A DNA stretch of 64,000 nucleotides from Candidatus Multivorans sp. (GTDB lineage Bacteria; Acidobacteriota; Thermoanaerobaculia; Multivoradales; Multivoraceae), in assembly GCA_965247095.1 (NCBI GenBank), contig OZ251997.1:1504001-1568000 (forward strand). Direction: 5' to 3'. This document shows, one piece after another, positions 39,578-49,062 of the stretch. The stretch's first letter is position 1. Every line of letters begins with the position of its first letter. The translations under genes and the position numbers were made by a program. A model generated the notes under the pieces. The model saw only the letters and a program-made list of their open reading frames with translations. It was not told the origin of the DNA and did no database searches.

Positions 39578-40939
39578 CTACCCGCAAAATAGCGGGTCCA
39601 TGGCGCCCTCAAGAGCTGCCTTCGCGGCGGCCTCTTCCTCCGTCATGCCTTCCCCGGCGAGCGGCCTCTGCTCCTGCACGTCGTTTGCGAAATCGAAGAA
39701 ACGACCATCGTCATACAGCTTGTAGCGGCGGTCGTGGACGAAGGTCACTTCCGGGATGGTCATGAAGCGCGGCCGGAAATCGGTGAAAATCCAGTCCCGG
39801 GCGGAGTTCGCCTCGCCCCGCAGCACCGGGAGGAAGCTCCGGCCGTCGATCACCCGATCGCCGGGCAGCGTAGCTCCAGCCGCCTCGACGATCGAGGGCA
39901 GAAAGTCGGCGAAGTCGATCAGGGCGTCTGACAGCCTGCCACTCTCGACAGCAGCCGGCCAGGAGGCGATGAAGGGGACGTGTACGCCGTAGTCGATCGT
40001 CGTGCCTTTGCCGCCGGGGATCACGGCGCCGTCCCGCATCTTGCTCGTGATCTGTGTCGGCGTACCGTTGTCCGCAGTGAGCAAGATCAGCGTGTTGTCG
40101 CGGACTCCCAGGTCCTCGAGCCCGTCCACCATCTGGCCGATCAGCTTGTCCGTGTAGGCGACCATGTCGGCGAAGTAGGCCGGGTCTTCGGCGTTGCGGT
40201 CCCCGATCCAGTCCGCACTGTCCGGAGTCGGCACGAACGGGGCGTGGACGAGCGCCATGGCGTGGTAGGCGAAGAACGGCCGGTCCGAGTCCTCAGCAAC
40301 CTGCGACTCGATCCGGTCGAGCAGAAAGTCCGCAAACAGATCGGGGCCGTACCGGCCCTCGTAGGTCCCGCCTTCCCCGCCAGGACCCCATAGCAGCGGA
40401 TCGGCATAGCGGCCGCCCTTCTCGTGGTAGTGCCAGACCAGGTAGTCGTCGAAACCGGCCTCCTCCGGCGTTTGCCCCAAACCCTCGCAGCAGTCCTTCT
40501 CCGGCGCCCAGACCTGTTCGAAGCCCGACATTTGCCACTTCCCGGCCAGGAAGGTGGCGTAGCCGGCGTCCTGGAGCAGGTTGGCCAAGGTGACCTCGTC
40601 GGGCGGCAGAACCCCCCACTCCCTGTAGTTGCGGCTGTTGTAGCGCCCGGTCATCAACTTGAGCCGCGAGGGCGCGCACAGCGGCATCGCGTAGGCGTGG
40701 CTGAAGCGGACACCTTCCGCGGCCAGACGATCGATGTTCGGCGTCTCGTAGGACGCGCCGCCGTAGGAGCCGATCGCCTCAAAGCCCAGGTCGTCGATCA
40801 GGATGAGGAGGATGTTCGGCTGCTGCGGCGACTCGGGGCCGGCGTTCTCCTCCGCGTCCGGCGCCGCTGCGCAGCCAGCCGCCAGCACCACCAGGATCGG
40901 GAACCAACGCCAGGATCTGCCCATCACTTCTCCCATCAC
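39578..40939 (-). CDS. Sulfatase (FGly-dependent)
   Basis: PNILLILIDDLG, CAPSR, GKWQ, HAP, DNG. Confidence 0.93.
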   Translation of the reverse strand: MMGEVMGRSWRWFPILVVLAAGCAAAPDAEENAGPESPQQPNILLILIDDLGFEAIGSYGGASYETPNIDRLAAEGVRFSHAYAMPLCAPSRLKLMTGRYNSRNYREWGVLPPDEVTLANLLQDAGYATFLAGKWQMSGFEQVWAPEKDCCEGLGQTPEEAGFDDYLVWHYHEKGGRYADPLLWGPGGEGGTYEGRYGPDLFADFLLDRIESQVAEDSDRPFFAYHAMALVHAPFVPTPDSADWIGDRNAEDPAYFADMVAYTDKLIGQMVDGLEDLGVRDNTLILLTADNGTPTQITSKMRDGAVIPGGKGTTIDYGVHVPFIASWPAAVESGRLSDALIDFADFLPSIVEAAGATLPGDRVIDGRSFLPVLRGEANSARDWIFTDFRPRFMTIPEVTFVHDRRYKLYDDGRFFDFANDVQEQRPLAGEGMTEEEAAAKAALEGAMDPLFCG

Positions 40940-42456
40940 TCCTCCTCCGCGAACTGCCAGTTCGGCGGCGGCTGGAAGTCTTCGCGGCCGGTGAAGAACG
41001 GCGCCACCGGATTCGGGGGCTGCAGGGCGCGGAACGCGGTGGCCTTCTCAAGCAGGCGGGCCACCAGATCGGGCTGTTCGGCCGCAACGTCCCGCTCTTC
41101 GAGCGGATCCTCGTCGAGCCGGAAGAGCAGCTTGCGCGATGCCTCGGCAGAGCCCTCCCGAACCAGCGGCGGCCCGACGACGACGAGCTTCCACTCACCC
41201 TCCGTCACCGAGACCTGCTCGCGCTCCGGGTCGAGTTGGGCGATGAAGGAGTAGAGATCACGCTCCGGACCGGCCTCGGCCTCACCCGTCAGCAGATCGC
41301 CGACATCCTGTCCGTCGAGCGGTTTGCCGCCGTGATCGTCGATGCCGGCGATGCCCATCAGAGTCGGCAGCACGTCGATGTAGGACACCGGCGCCTCGAT
41401 CCGGCCGCCACCCGAGATGTTCCCCACCGGCCAGCGCGCCGCTGCTGCGACCCGGGTGCCGCCCTCGAAGACGCTGCCCTTGGCGCCCCGGTACGGGCCG
41501 TTGTCGCCGATGCCGACGGAGCCGCCGTTGTCGCTGAAGAACAGCACGAGCGTGTTGTCCACGATGCCGTGCTCGTCGAGTGCATCGAGGATGCGGCCGA
41601 CGCCGTTATCGAGCGCGTGGACCATCGCGGCGTGGATGCGGCGGCCGTCGCGGCGCCGGCCGTCGGCGGCGAGCGGCCGTCCGGCGGTCGATTCCTCCCA
41701 GCCCCGCGGCGGCTCGATTGCTTCCAAATCAGCGTAGCGCTGCAGATCCTCGTCCTTCGCCTGCAGCGGCGAGTGCGGAGCGCTGAACGGGACGTACAGG
41801 AAGAACGGCGCCTCGCCACTGGCGTGCTTATCGATGAACCGCACAGCGTGCTCGGCCAGCAGGTCCGTCACGTAGCCCTCTTCGTCCACCGACTCGTAGT
41901 CGTGGCTCCAGTCCCGCTCGCCGATGCGCTCCTTCGTGAAGTAGTCGACCGCCGTGTTGTGGCCCACGAACTCCGTGAAGCCCCGGCGCAGCGGGTGGTA
42001 CTTGCGGTCGAAGTGACCCAGGTGCCACTTGCCGAAGATGCCGCGGTGCTCGTAACCGGCACGAGCCAGCACTTCCGGCAGGGCGACCTCCGACGTGTCG
42101 AGACCGTAGTCCCGCCACGGCGCGATCACCGCCCGCATCAGACCGAAACGGATCGGATAGCGGCCGGTCATCAGCCCCGCCCGCGTCGGCGAGCAGACGG
42201 GAGCGCTGTAGAAGCGCTCGATCAGCACCCCTGCGGCCGCGATGCGGTCGATGTTCGGGGTCGCGATCTCGCCGCCGTGGAAGCTGACGTCGTGGCGTCC
42301 GAGATCGTCCGGAACGATGAGGACGATGTTGGGGAGGGGTTGCGGCGCGGTAGCCGAGTCCGGGGCGGGGCCGTCGGCGCAGGCGGCGAGTAGAAGGGCC
42401 GGCGCGACGAGCGCGAACGCGTGGAAGAGAGGAAGACGGACCGGAAGCTGGGGCAC
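40936..42456 (-). CDS. Arylsulfatase (ARSB-like)
   Basis: PNIVLIVPDDLG, CSPTRAGLMTGR, GKWHLG, APHSPLQ, SDNGG, KGSVFEGG. Confidence 0.93.
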   Translation of the reverse strand: MPQLPVRLPLFHAFALVAPALLLAACADGPAPDSATAPQPLPNIVLIVPDDLGRHDVSFHGGEIATPNIDRIAAAGVLIERFYSAPVCSPTRAGLMTGRYPIRFGLMRAVIAPWRDYGLDTSEVALPEVLARAGYEHRGIFGKWHLGHFDRKYHPLRRGFTEFVGHNTAVDYFTKERIGERDWSHDYESVDEEGYVTDLLAEHAVRFIDKHASGEAPFFLYVPFSAPHSPLQAKDEDLQRYADLEAIEPPRGWEESTAGRPLAADGRRRDGRRIHAAMVHALDNGVGRILDALDEHGIVDNTLVLFFSDNGGSVGIGDNGPYRGAKGSVFEGGTRVAAAARWPVGNISGGGRIEAPVSYIDVLPTLMGIAGIDDHGGKPLDGQDVGDLLTGEAEAGPERDLYSFIAQLDPEREQVSVTEGEWKLVVVGPPLVREGSAEASRKLLFRLDEDPLEERDVAAEQPDLVARLLEKATAFRALQPPNPVAPFFTGREDFQPPPNWQFAEEE

Positions 42457-42559
42457 GATCCGCCTAGGTTACACGCGAGTGTTCGCTCGCCGCTTCCCGA
42501 CTCCGTAGGCAATGCATGGTAGCGAATGGAACCACTGAAGCTCCGCCCGACTCCACTCC

Positions 42560-42588
42560 TTGACAGCCGCCATTTTTCCGGGCATAAC
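42560..42588 (+). promoter_or_regulatory. Sigma70-type promoter for the 58-aa ORF/ATPase unit
   Basis: TTGACA - 17 nt - CATAAC. Confidence 0.6.
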
Positions 42589-42746
42589 TCGGGTTCCTAT
42601 TCAGACCCGCTTCAGGTGTCGCCCGCCCGAGAGGATCAGACGACAAGAAAGTCTGAACTGACTCCTGCAGCCCGCCTAGAAGGCGATGGGACGTGGGAGG
42701 ACACTGTGAAGATCGTACGGACTAGATCGATCGGAGGAGACAGCGA

Positions 42747-42923
42747 ATGGCTAGGGTGCTAGATGAGATTCTTGAGACGTTCTACGCCAAGCTCTCGGAG
42801 TCGGACAGCGTGAACGAGGCAGCAGTACAGGAGTTGCGCACCCTCTTCGCTTCGGAGAAGAAGCTGAAGGCCGACGATTTCGTCGAGGTCCTCAAGAAGG
42901 CAGCGCGGGAGGGGCAGCGGTGA
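42747..42923 (+). CDS. 58-aa hypothetical helical protein (not in the ORF track)
   Basis: GGAGGAG SD; MARVLDEILETFYAKLSESDSVNEAAVQELRTLFASEKKLKADDFVEVLKKAAREGQR*; GTGA overlap with the ATPase start. Confidence 0.82.
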   Translation: MARVLDEILETFYAKLSESDSVNEAAVQELRTLFASEKKLKADDFVEVLKKAAREGQR

Positions 42924-45367
42924 TTCACATCGAATCGGTGGCCATACGTGAACTCAGGGGAATCCGCGAGCTTGAGATCGAGCCCCGCCGGAAGAACTTC
43001 GTCGTATCCGGGCCGAACGGCTCGGGGAAGAGTGGCGTGGTGGATGCCATTCAGTTCGCCTTAACCGGCGAGATGTCACGGCTTGCCGGTAAGGGAACCG
43101 GCGGACTCAGCGTCAGTCGCCACGGTCCCCACGTGGACCGTCGGGATGACCCTGCGTCAGCTGAGGTCTCGCTTCGGTTCTACGCCCCGGACTTCAAGAA
43201 ATCGGCCGTCCTGACCAGGAACGTCAAGAATGCCAAGAACTTCAACCTCGAACCTGACGAGCCCGAGATTAGGGCCCTCATCGAGGAGGTAGCGGATCAT
43301 CCGGAGCTGACGCTCTCGCGACGCGAGGTCATCAAGTACATCATCGTCGAGGCTGGGCAGCGGTCAAGGGAGGTTCAGGCCCTCCTGAAACTGGAGGCCA
43401 TCGGCCAGACCCGTGGTGTCTTGAAGACCGCGTCAAACAAACTCTCCAACGCTGCGGGTCAGGCACGGAGTGCCCTCCAGAGTGCAGACGACGCGCTCCG
43501 CCGCCATCTCGACGTAGAGATACTGGCACCAGAGGATGTCCTCGCAGCGATCAATCCGCACCGGCGGACCCTGGATCTGGGCCCGATCAGGGACCTGGAA
43601 GCGGATACCGATTTCAGGACCGGCATCTTGGAAGCCCTAACCGACACAAGCTTCAACAAAGGCGCCGCGCTCCGGGACGTGGAGGCGCTCAAGCGGGCCC
43701 ACATTGGCCTGCCCGCATTGGCCCACGAGGAAGTGGAATGTGTAGTGCGCGACCTCGCCACTCTGGACGGTGAGCCGGCGCTCCTTCAAGCGATCGCGCG
43801 CCAATCCTTCGTCGAGCGCGGTCTACGACTGATCGACGGAGACCATTGTCCGCTCTGCGATTCCGACTGGGAGAGCGAGGAAGCGTTGAAAGCACACTTG
43901 AGGGAAAAACTCTCCAAGGCGGACGAAGCGGATGCACTCCAGACACGGCTACTCGACAACGGGGCCAAGATCGCCAACCAAGCGCGGCGGATCGCGGGCT
44001 TGGTAGATACCGTGCAGCCTCTGGCGAAGCACTTCGGTCCGGACGGCTTCGGCGAGATGCTCGACAGATGGTCGTCAGACTTAAAGGCCTTTGCCGCGGC
44101 ACTGAGGACCGTCGAGTCGATCGTTGAACAACGCCCTCGGCTCGATCAAAGTTGGAGCCTGACTCCAAGGTCATTCGAGGATCTCTTGGAAGCCCTCAGA
44201 CTCGCGATCCAGGACAAACCCGACCAGAGTGCTTCAGTCGCCGCGCAGACTTTCTTGACGCTTGCCCAAGACCGCTTCTCCACCTGGCAGGACGCGCAGC
44301 GTCAAAAGAAGCGTGCCGAACTCGCGGCAGAGGCCGGGAGGGCCACCTACAACACGTACTGCGAGGTGGCCGATGGGTATCTGAGTGCGCTCTACGAGGC
44401 GGTTGAAGACGGGTTCGGCGCGTACTACCGGCAGATTAACGCGGAGGACGAAGACGGGTTCAGAGCGAAGCTGGAGCCTGCTGAAGGCGGCCTGGATCTG
44501 GAGGTGGCTTTCTACGATAAGGGAATGTACCCGCCGGGGGCCTACCACAGCGAGGGACACCAAGACGGGATGGGAGTCTGCCTCTACCTCGCACTCATGA
44601 AGCGGCTACTCGGCGATCGGTTCCACTTTGCATTACTCGACGACGTAGTGATGTCGGTCGATCGAGGTCACCGAAAAGAACTCTGCCGTCTGCTGAAGGA
44701 ACACTTCCCCGAAACGCAATTCATCATCACGACGCACGACAAAGTCTGGGCGAAGCAGATGCAGACAGAGGGTCTTGTCGAGTCGAGGGGAGGCGTCGCC
44801 TTCCACAGTTGGAGCGTGCAAACCGGGCCGGTCGTGGAACAGGCGGCCGGAGTTTGGGATGACATTGAATCAGATGTTGCCAAGGGTGACACGGGTGTTG
44901 CGGCGAGCCGGTTGCGCCGGCACATGGAGTACGTGGCTGGCGAGCTGGCGGACCAGCTCGGAGCGAGGCCGCCCTTCCGAGGCGACAACGCTTACGATCT
45001 GGGCGACCTCCTACCTGCGGTCATCGGGCGGCACGGAGAGCTACTGAAACTTGCCGCGAAGGCAGCGAACACGTGGAACGATGAGGATGGCAAGGCGAAG
45101 GTCGAGGACCTGAAGGGCAAGAGGGCCGAAGCGCTATCCGCATATGGCGGCGAAGCATGGGTCGTCAACAAGGCCGTCCACTTCAACGAATCGGTGAACT
45201 TCACGGGCGATGAGTTTCGGGAGGTAGTCGATGCCTTCAAGAGCTTGCTTGCGCAGCTGCGGTGTTCGTCATGTGAGTCGTGGTTTTACGTCATGCCTAG
45301 GAAGGGCGATCCTGAGAGCCTACGGTGTCGATGTGGGTCTGTGGTACTGAATCTGAACACGAAGTAA
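42920..45367 (+). CDS. SMC/Rad50/RloC-like ABC ATPase with zinc hook and C-terminal extension
   Basis: Walker A GPNGSGKSG, hook CPLC, signature HSEGH, Walker B/D-loop LLDDVVMSVD, H-loop ITTHD; tail with RLRRHME, NKAVH, CSSC...CRC. Confidence 0.88.
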   Translation: MIHIESVAIRELRGIRELEIEPRRKNFVVSGPNGSGKSGVVDAIQFALTGEMSRLAGKGTGGLSVSRHGPHVDRRDDPASAEVSLRFYAPDFKKSAVLTRNVKNAKNFNLEPDEPEIRALIEEVADHPELTLSRREVIKYIIVEAGQRSREVQALLKLEAIGQTRGVLKTASNKLSNAAGQARSALQSADDALRRHLDVEILAPEDVLAAINPHRRTLDLGPIRDLEADTDFRTGILEALTDTSFNKGAALRDVEALKRAHIGLPALAHEEVECVVRDLATLDGEPALLQAIARQSFVERGLRLIDGDHCPLCDSDWESEEALKAHLREKLSKADEADALQTRLLDNGAKIANQARRIAGLVDTVQPLAKHFGPDGFGEMLDRWSSDLKAFAAALRTVESIVEQRPRLDQSWSLTPRSFEDLLEALRLAIQDKPDQSASVAAQTFLTLAQDRFSTWQDAQRQKKRAELAAEAGRATYNTYCEVADGYLSALYEAVEDGFGAYYRQINAEDEDGFRAKLEPAEGGLDLEVAFYDKGMYPPGAYHSEGHQDGMGVCLYLALMKRLLGDRFHFALLDDVVMSVDRGHRKELCRLLKEHFPETQFIITTHDKVWAKQMQTEGLVESRGGVAFHSWSVQTGPVVEQAAGVWDDIESDVAKGDTGVAASRLRRHMEYVAGELADQLGARPPFRGDNAYDLGDLLPAVIGRHGELLKLAAKAANTWNDEDGKAKVEDLKGKRAEALSAYGGEAWVVNKAVHFNESVNFTGDEFREVVDAFKSLLAQLRCSSCESWFYVMPRKGDPESLRCRCGSVVLNLNTK

Positions 45368-45454
45368 AGAGGCGGGCCTTTCTCTGCCGCAATCGTCACT
45401 CCCTCACTACCAGCGACCGGCCAGAAGGCCGGCCCAATGACTCTCGGACTACGG

Positions 45455-45486
45455 CCGGATGCGGGCGGGACGCCCGCGTTCCCAGG
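45455..45486 (+). repeat. 32-bp REP-like palindrome, copy 4
   Basis: ccggatgcgggcgggacgcccgcgttcccagg. Confidence 0.85.
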
Positions 45487-45524
45487 TCCGGATGCCGGCG
45501 GGGACGCCGACGCACCCAGGCCCG

Positions 45525-46679
45525 CTACGCTTCGCGCAACAGGTCGGTGATCTTCTGCCGCGAGGCGCCGAAGGCGGGCAGCAGGCCGCCGATGACGCCG
45601 GTGATCGTCGCCAGGAAGATGCCGGAGAACATCGCGAATGGGGTCGTACGCAGTTGGAAGGTGATCTCGCTGAACGTGACCTGGTTCATCGTGCCGGTCT
45701 GGATCGCGTTCAGAGGCAGGGCGAGGAGAGCGCCGAAGCCGCCGGCGACCAGGCCCAGGAGCACCGCTTCCAGGAAGAAGCTGCCCATGATCGAGCGCCG
45801 CCGGAAGCCGAGCGCGCGAAGGGTGCCGATCTCGCGGGCGCGGGCGGCGACCTGGGCGTACATCGTGTTGGCGGCGGCAAAGCAGGCGCCGACCGCCATC
45901 AGGACCGCGAGCACATTGCCGAGGACGATGAACTGGCCCGAAGCGGCATCCGTCTGCTGCTCGTAGTACTCCGTCTCCGGCACAGCGGACACCTGGAGCC
46001 GCTGATCGTCCTTGATCGCCGCGATCAGATCCCGGGTCGCGGCCGGTGACGCCGTCTTGAGCCGCGTCGAGGAGTAGTAACCACTGCGCCGGAACGAGTC
46101 GCCGAGATCGCGGGCATCGCCCCAGATCTCGGAGCCGTGTGCACCAACACCCATGAACGTGCCGACCACACAGAACGTGGTACGACCCATCTTGCGCTCG
46201 TCGCCGATCCGCAGCCCGAGTCTCCCGGCGAGGCTGCGGCCAACGATGATCTCGCCGCGCCCCGGCTCGAAGACCCTGCCCTCTACGATTTCGAAGGTCG
46301 GCCGGATCGCAAACGCCGCCGGCTCGACGCCGCGGACCATCACGTTCGTCTCGGTTCCGTCCACCCGTTTGAAGATCTGAATCGTCACCGTCTCGCCCGA
46401 CGCCAGCACCGACTCGTCGCCGCGCTCCACCCCCGGCATCGCCGCCAGCAGACGATGGCTCTCCTGACCGTAGGAGCTCTCCATCTCGCTGCGCGTCCCG
46501 TCCCTCATCACGATGACGATCGAAGGGTCGCCGGTCTCCGCGAAGGCTGCCCGCAGCCCGCCGGCGAGAGCGAGAACGCCGATGTAGACGAGAACGACGA
46601 AGCCAATCGAGGCCAGGGTCATGAAGGCCACGCCCCGGCGTTCGAACAGGTTGCGGTAGGTGTACTTGATCGGGATCAT
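45525..46679 (-). CDS. ABC transporter permease (MacB/FtsX family)
   Basis: RNL..R, NTMYA.V..R.REIGTLRALGF; 4 TM helices. Confidence 0.92.
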   Translation of the reverse strand: MIPIKYTYRNLFERRGVAFMTLASIGFVVLVYIGVLALAGGLRAAFAETGDPSIVIVMRDGTRSEMESSYGQESHRLLAAMPGVERGDESVLASGETVTIQIFKRVDGTETNVMVRGVEPAAFAIRPTFEIVEGRVFEPGRGEIIVGRSLAGRLGLRIGDERKMGRTTFCVVGTFMGVGAHGSEIWGDARDLGDSFRRSGYYSSTRLKTASPAATRDLIAAIKDDQRLQVSAVPETEYYEQQTDAASGQFIVLGNVLAVLMAVGACFAAANTMYAQVAARAREIGTLRALGFRRRSIMGSFFLEAVLLGLVAGGFGALLALPLNAIQTGTMNQVTFSEITFQLRTTPFAMFSGIFLATITGVIGGLLPAFGASRQKITDLLREA

Positions 46680-46710
46680 GCCGTCTCCTTATGCGCCCAG
46701 CCGTTCACCG

Positions 46711-47856
46711 TCAGAGCCTCCGCAAGCCGTCGACGATCTTGAGGCGGGCCGCGGCTACCGCGGGGAAGACGCCGCTCAGCAGGCCGATCGCGATGCCGAT
46801 CGCGACGGCGGTGGCCGCCGTCTGGCGGTCGAGACCGAAGCCCCCGAACCCGAAACCAAACCCGTCCAGGACCGGCGCCAGAGCCTGGAGGGCGCCCGCC
46901 GCGAAGGCGATGCCCAACAGCGAACCGAACACGCCCACCGCCAGCGACTCGCCGATCACCATGCCGATCACCTGGTTGCGGCGGAAACCCAGGGTACGGA
47001 GCACCGAGACCTCGGTGGTCCGCTCGCGCGCCGCCATCGCCATCGTGTTCGCGGTGATCAGGAAGATCGAGACGACGATCGCCAACCCGATCGCGGAGAA
47101 GAAGAACTGGACGTTGCCGAGCATCTCCGTGAAGGAAGCGGCGAACGCCTCCGCGGTCTCCGCCCGCACCTGGTTGTCCGAGTTCTCGAACATCGCCTCG
47201 GCGGCCGCAATCACCGCCGGCGACGCGTCCGGGTCGTCGAGGAGCAGCCAGTAGGTGCCGTTCTGACCCGGGTTGTTCATCGCCTCTTCGACGTAGCGCC
47301 GATGGAAGAAGATCTGCCGCTCCTGCGCCTCTTCCTCCACATCGAAGATCGCGCGCAGTTCGAGTTCAACGTTGATCGGGAAGATGTCGCCCTGGATTGC
47401 GATCACATCGCCGATCGCCCAGCCCTGGGTCTCGGCCAGCGTGCGGCCGGCGGCAAAGGCGGTCCGCTGCGCCGCGAAGGCCTCCCACTCCTCCTCGTTG
47501 AACTCGATGTCGTAGAACACGTCCCGGAAGGTCTCCGGATCGATCGTGAAGCGGGGGAAGAAGTTCTCGGGTCTCTGATCCTTGTAGACGCCCTGGAACC
47601 AGTTCTGCGGCGTCACCGCCTCGACATGATCGATCGTCCGCAGCCGCGCCTCGTACGCCTCGGGCAGCGGGAAGGTGAGCGAGATCGCGTTACGGACGAC
47701 CAGGCGGTCCGGAATCGACGACTCGTCGGCGAAGCTCAGCGCGTCGTTGACCACGCCGAGCAGCGCCAGGATGAACAGCGCCATCGCCAGGCTGGCCATG
47801 GTCAGGAAGGTGCGCCGCTTGTTGCGCAGCAGGTTGCGCCGGATCAGCTTGATCAT
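46711..47856 (-). CDS. ABC transporter permease (MacB/FtsX family)
   Basis: RNLLRNKRRT, NTMAMAARERTTEVSVLRTLGF. Confidence 0.92.
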   Translation of the reverse strand: MIKLIRRNLLRNKRRTFLTMASLAMALFILALLGVVNDALSFADESSIPDRLVVRNAISLTFPLPEAYEARLRTIDHVEAVTPQNWFQGVYKDQRPENFFPRFTIDPETFRDVFYDIEFNEEEWEAFAAQRTAFAAGRTLAETQGWAIGDVIAIQGDIFPINVELELRAIFDVEEEAQERQIFFHRRYVEEAMNNPGQNGTYWLLLDDPDASPAVIAAAEAMFENSDNQVRAETAEAFAASFTEMLGNVQFFFSAIGLAIVVSIFLITANTMAMAARERTTEVSVLRTLGFRRNQVIGMVIGESLAVGVFGSLLGIAFAAGALQALAPVLDGFGFGFGGFGLDRQTAATAVAIGIAIGLLSGVFPAVAAARLKIVDGLRRL

Positions 47857-48576
47857 CCGCCCGCCCCCGTTTCCGATGAAACCAGTTGGCCCTTGTCGAG
47901 ACGCAGCAGGCGCTTCGCGCGCGCCGCCGCGGTCGGGTCGTGGGTCACCATGATGATCGTCTTGTTGAACTGCTGGTTCAGTTGCACGAGCAGGTCGAGC
48001 ACTTCGCGGCCCGAGTCGGCGTCCAGGTCGCCGGTCGGCTCGTCGGCGAGCAGCAGGGTCGGATCGGTGACGATGGCCCGGGCAATCGCCACCCGCTGTT
48101 CCTGGCCGCCCGAGAGCTGCCGCGGATAGTGCTTCATCCGGTTCTGCAGGCCCACCACGGAGAGCGCGGTCTGGACCCTCTTGCGGCGCGCCGCCTTGGA
48201 AGACCGACGCAACGTCAGCGGCAGTTCCACGTTCTCATAGGCGGTCAGCACGGGAATCAGGTTGTAGAACTGGAAGATGAAGCCGATGTTCCGCTGACGC
48301 CACCGCGCCAGCTTGCTCTCGTTCAGACGGTTGACGCGCTCGCCGGCGACGTTCAGCTCGCCGCTGCTCGGCCGGTCGATGCCGGCGAGCAGGTTGAGCA
48401 GCGTGCTCTTGCCTGAGCCTGAAGGCCCCATCAGCGCCACGAAGTCGCCCTGTTCGACGTCCAGGGTGATCCCCTGCAGCACCTTCAACTCGAAGGCGTC
48501 GCCCTCTCTGCCAACGTACGTGACACAGCGGCCATCCCGTTGAATAGTGGAGGGCACACGTTGGCAAGGAGGATCA

Positions 48577-49062
48577 ATGTCAAGACGAGAGCAGAGGTTT
48601 GGCGGCGGCTCGGAGCTCCCGGTCGCGGGTGTTGAGGAGCGTAGCGACGAGGCCCCCGCGGCCGGCGCGGCGCCCGCCGGGGCGGTTCCCGACCCGGAAG
48701 TGCTGGCGAGACCGACCAGGCGGCAGTTCACGGCGGAGTACCGGCTGCGGATTCTGGAGGAAGCGGACCGATGCACCCACCGCGGCGAGGTGGGTCGGCT
48801 GCTGCGGCGAGAGGGTCTGTACAGCTCCCATCTGGCCAACTGGCGCAAGGCGCGGCGCGAGGGCGCGCTTTCCGGTCTGAGGCCGAAGAAGCGGGGCCGC
48901 AAGCCGAACGAGGCCAACCCTCTGATGCCGAAGGTGAAGCGGCTGGAAGCGAAGGTCAAGCGTCTCGAGAGGGAAGTCGCCGCCGCGCACACGATCCTGG
49001 ACGTCCAGGGAAAAGTTGCAGGGCTGCTGGGATTCAGCCTCGAAGACGGGAAGGACTGCTGA
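48577..49062 (+). CDS. IS3 transposase OrfA (HTH)
   Basis: AAGGAGG SD; RRQFTAEYRLRIL..LLRREGLYSSHL..WR; slippery G-GGA-AAA at 49008-49014. Confidence 0.88.
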   Translation: MSRREQRFGGGSELPVAGVEERSDEAPAAGAAPAGAVPDPEVLARPTRRQFTAEYRLRILEEADRCTHRGEVGRLLRREGLYSSHLANWRKARREGALSGLRPKKRGRKPNEANPLMPKVKRLEAKVKRLEREVAAAHTILDVQGKVAGLLGFSLEDGKDC

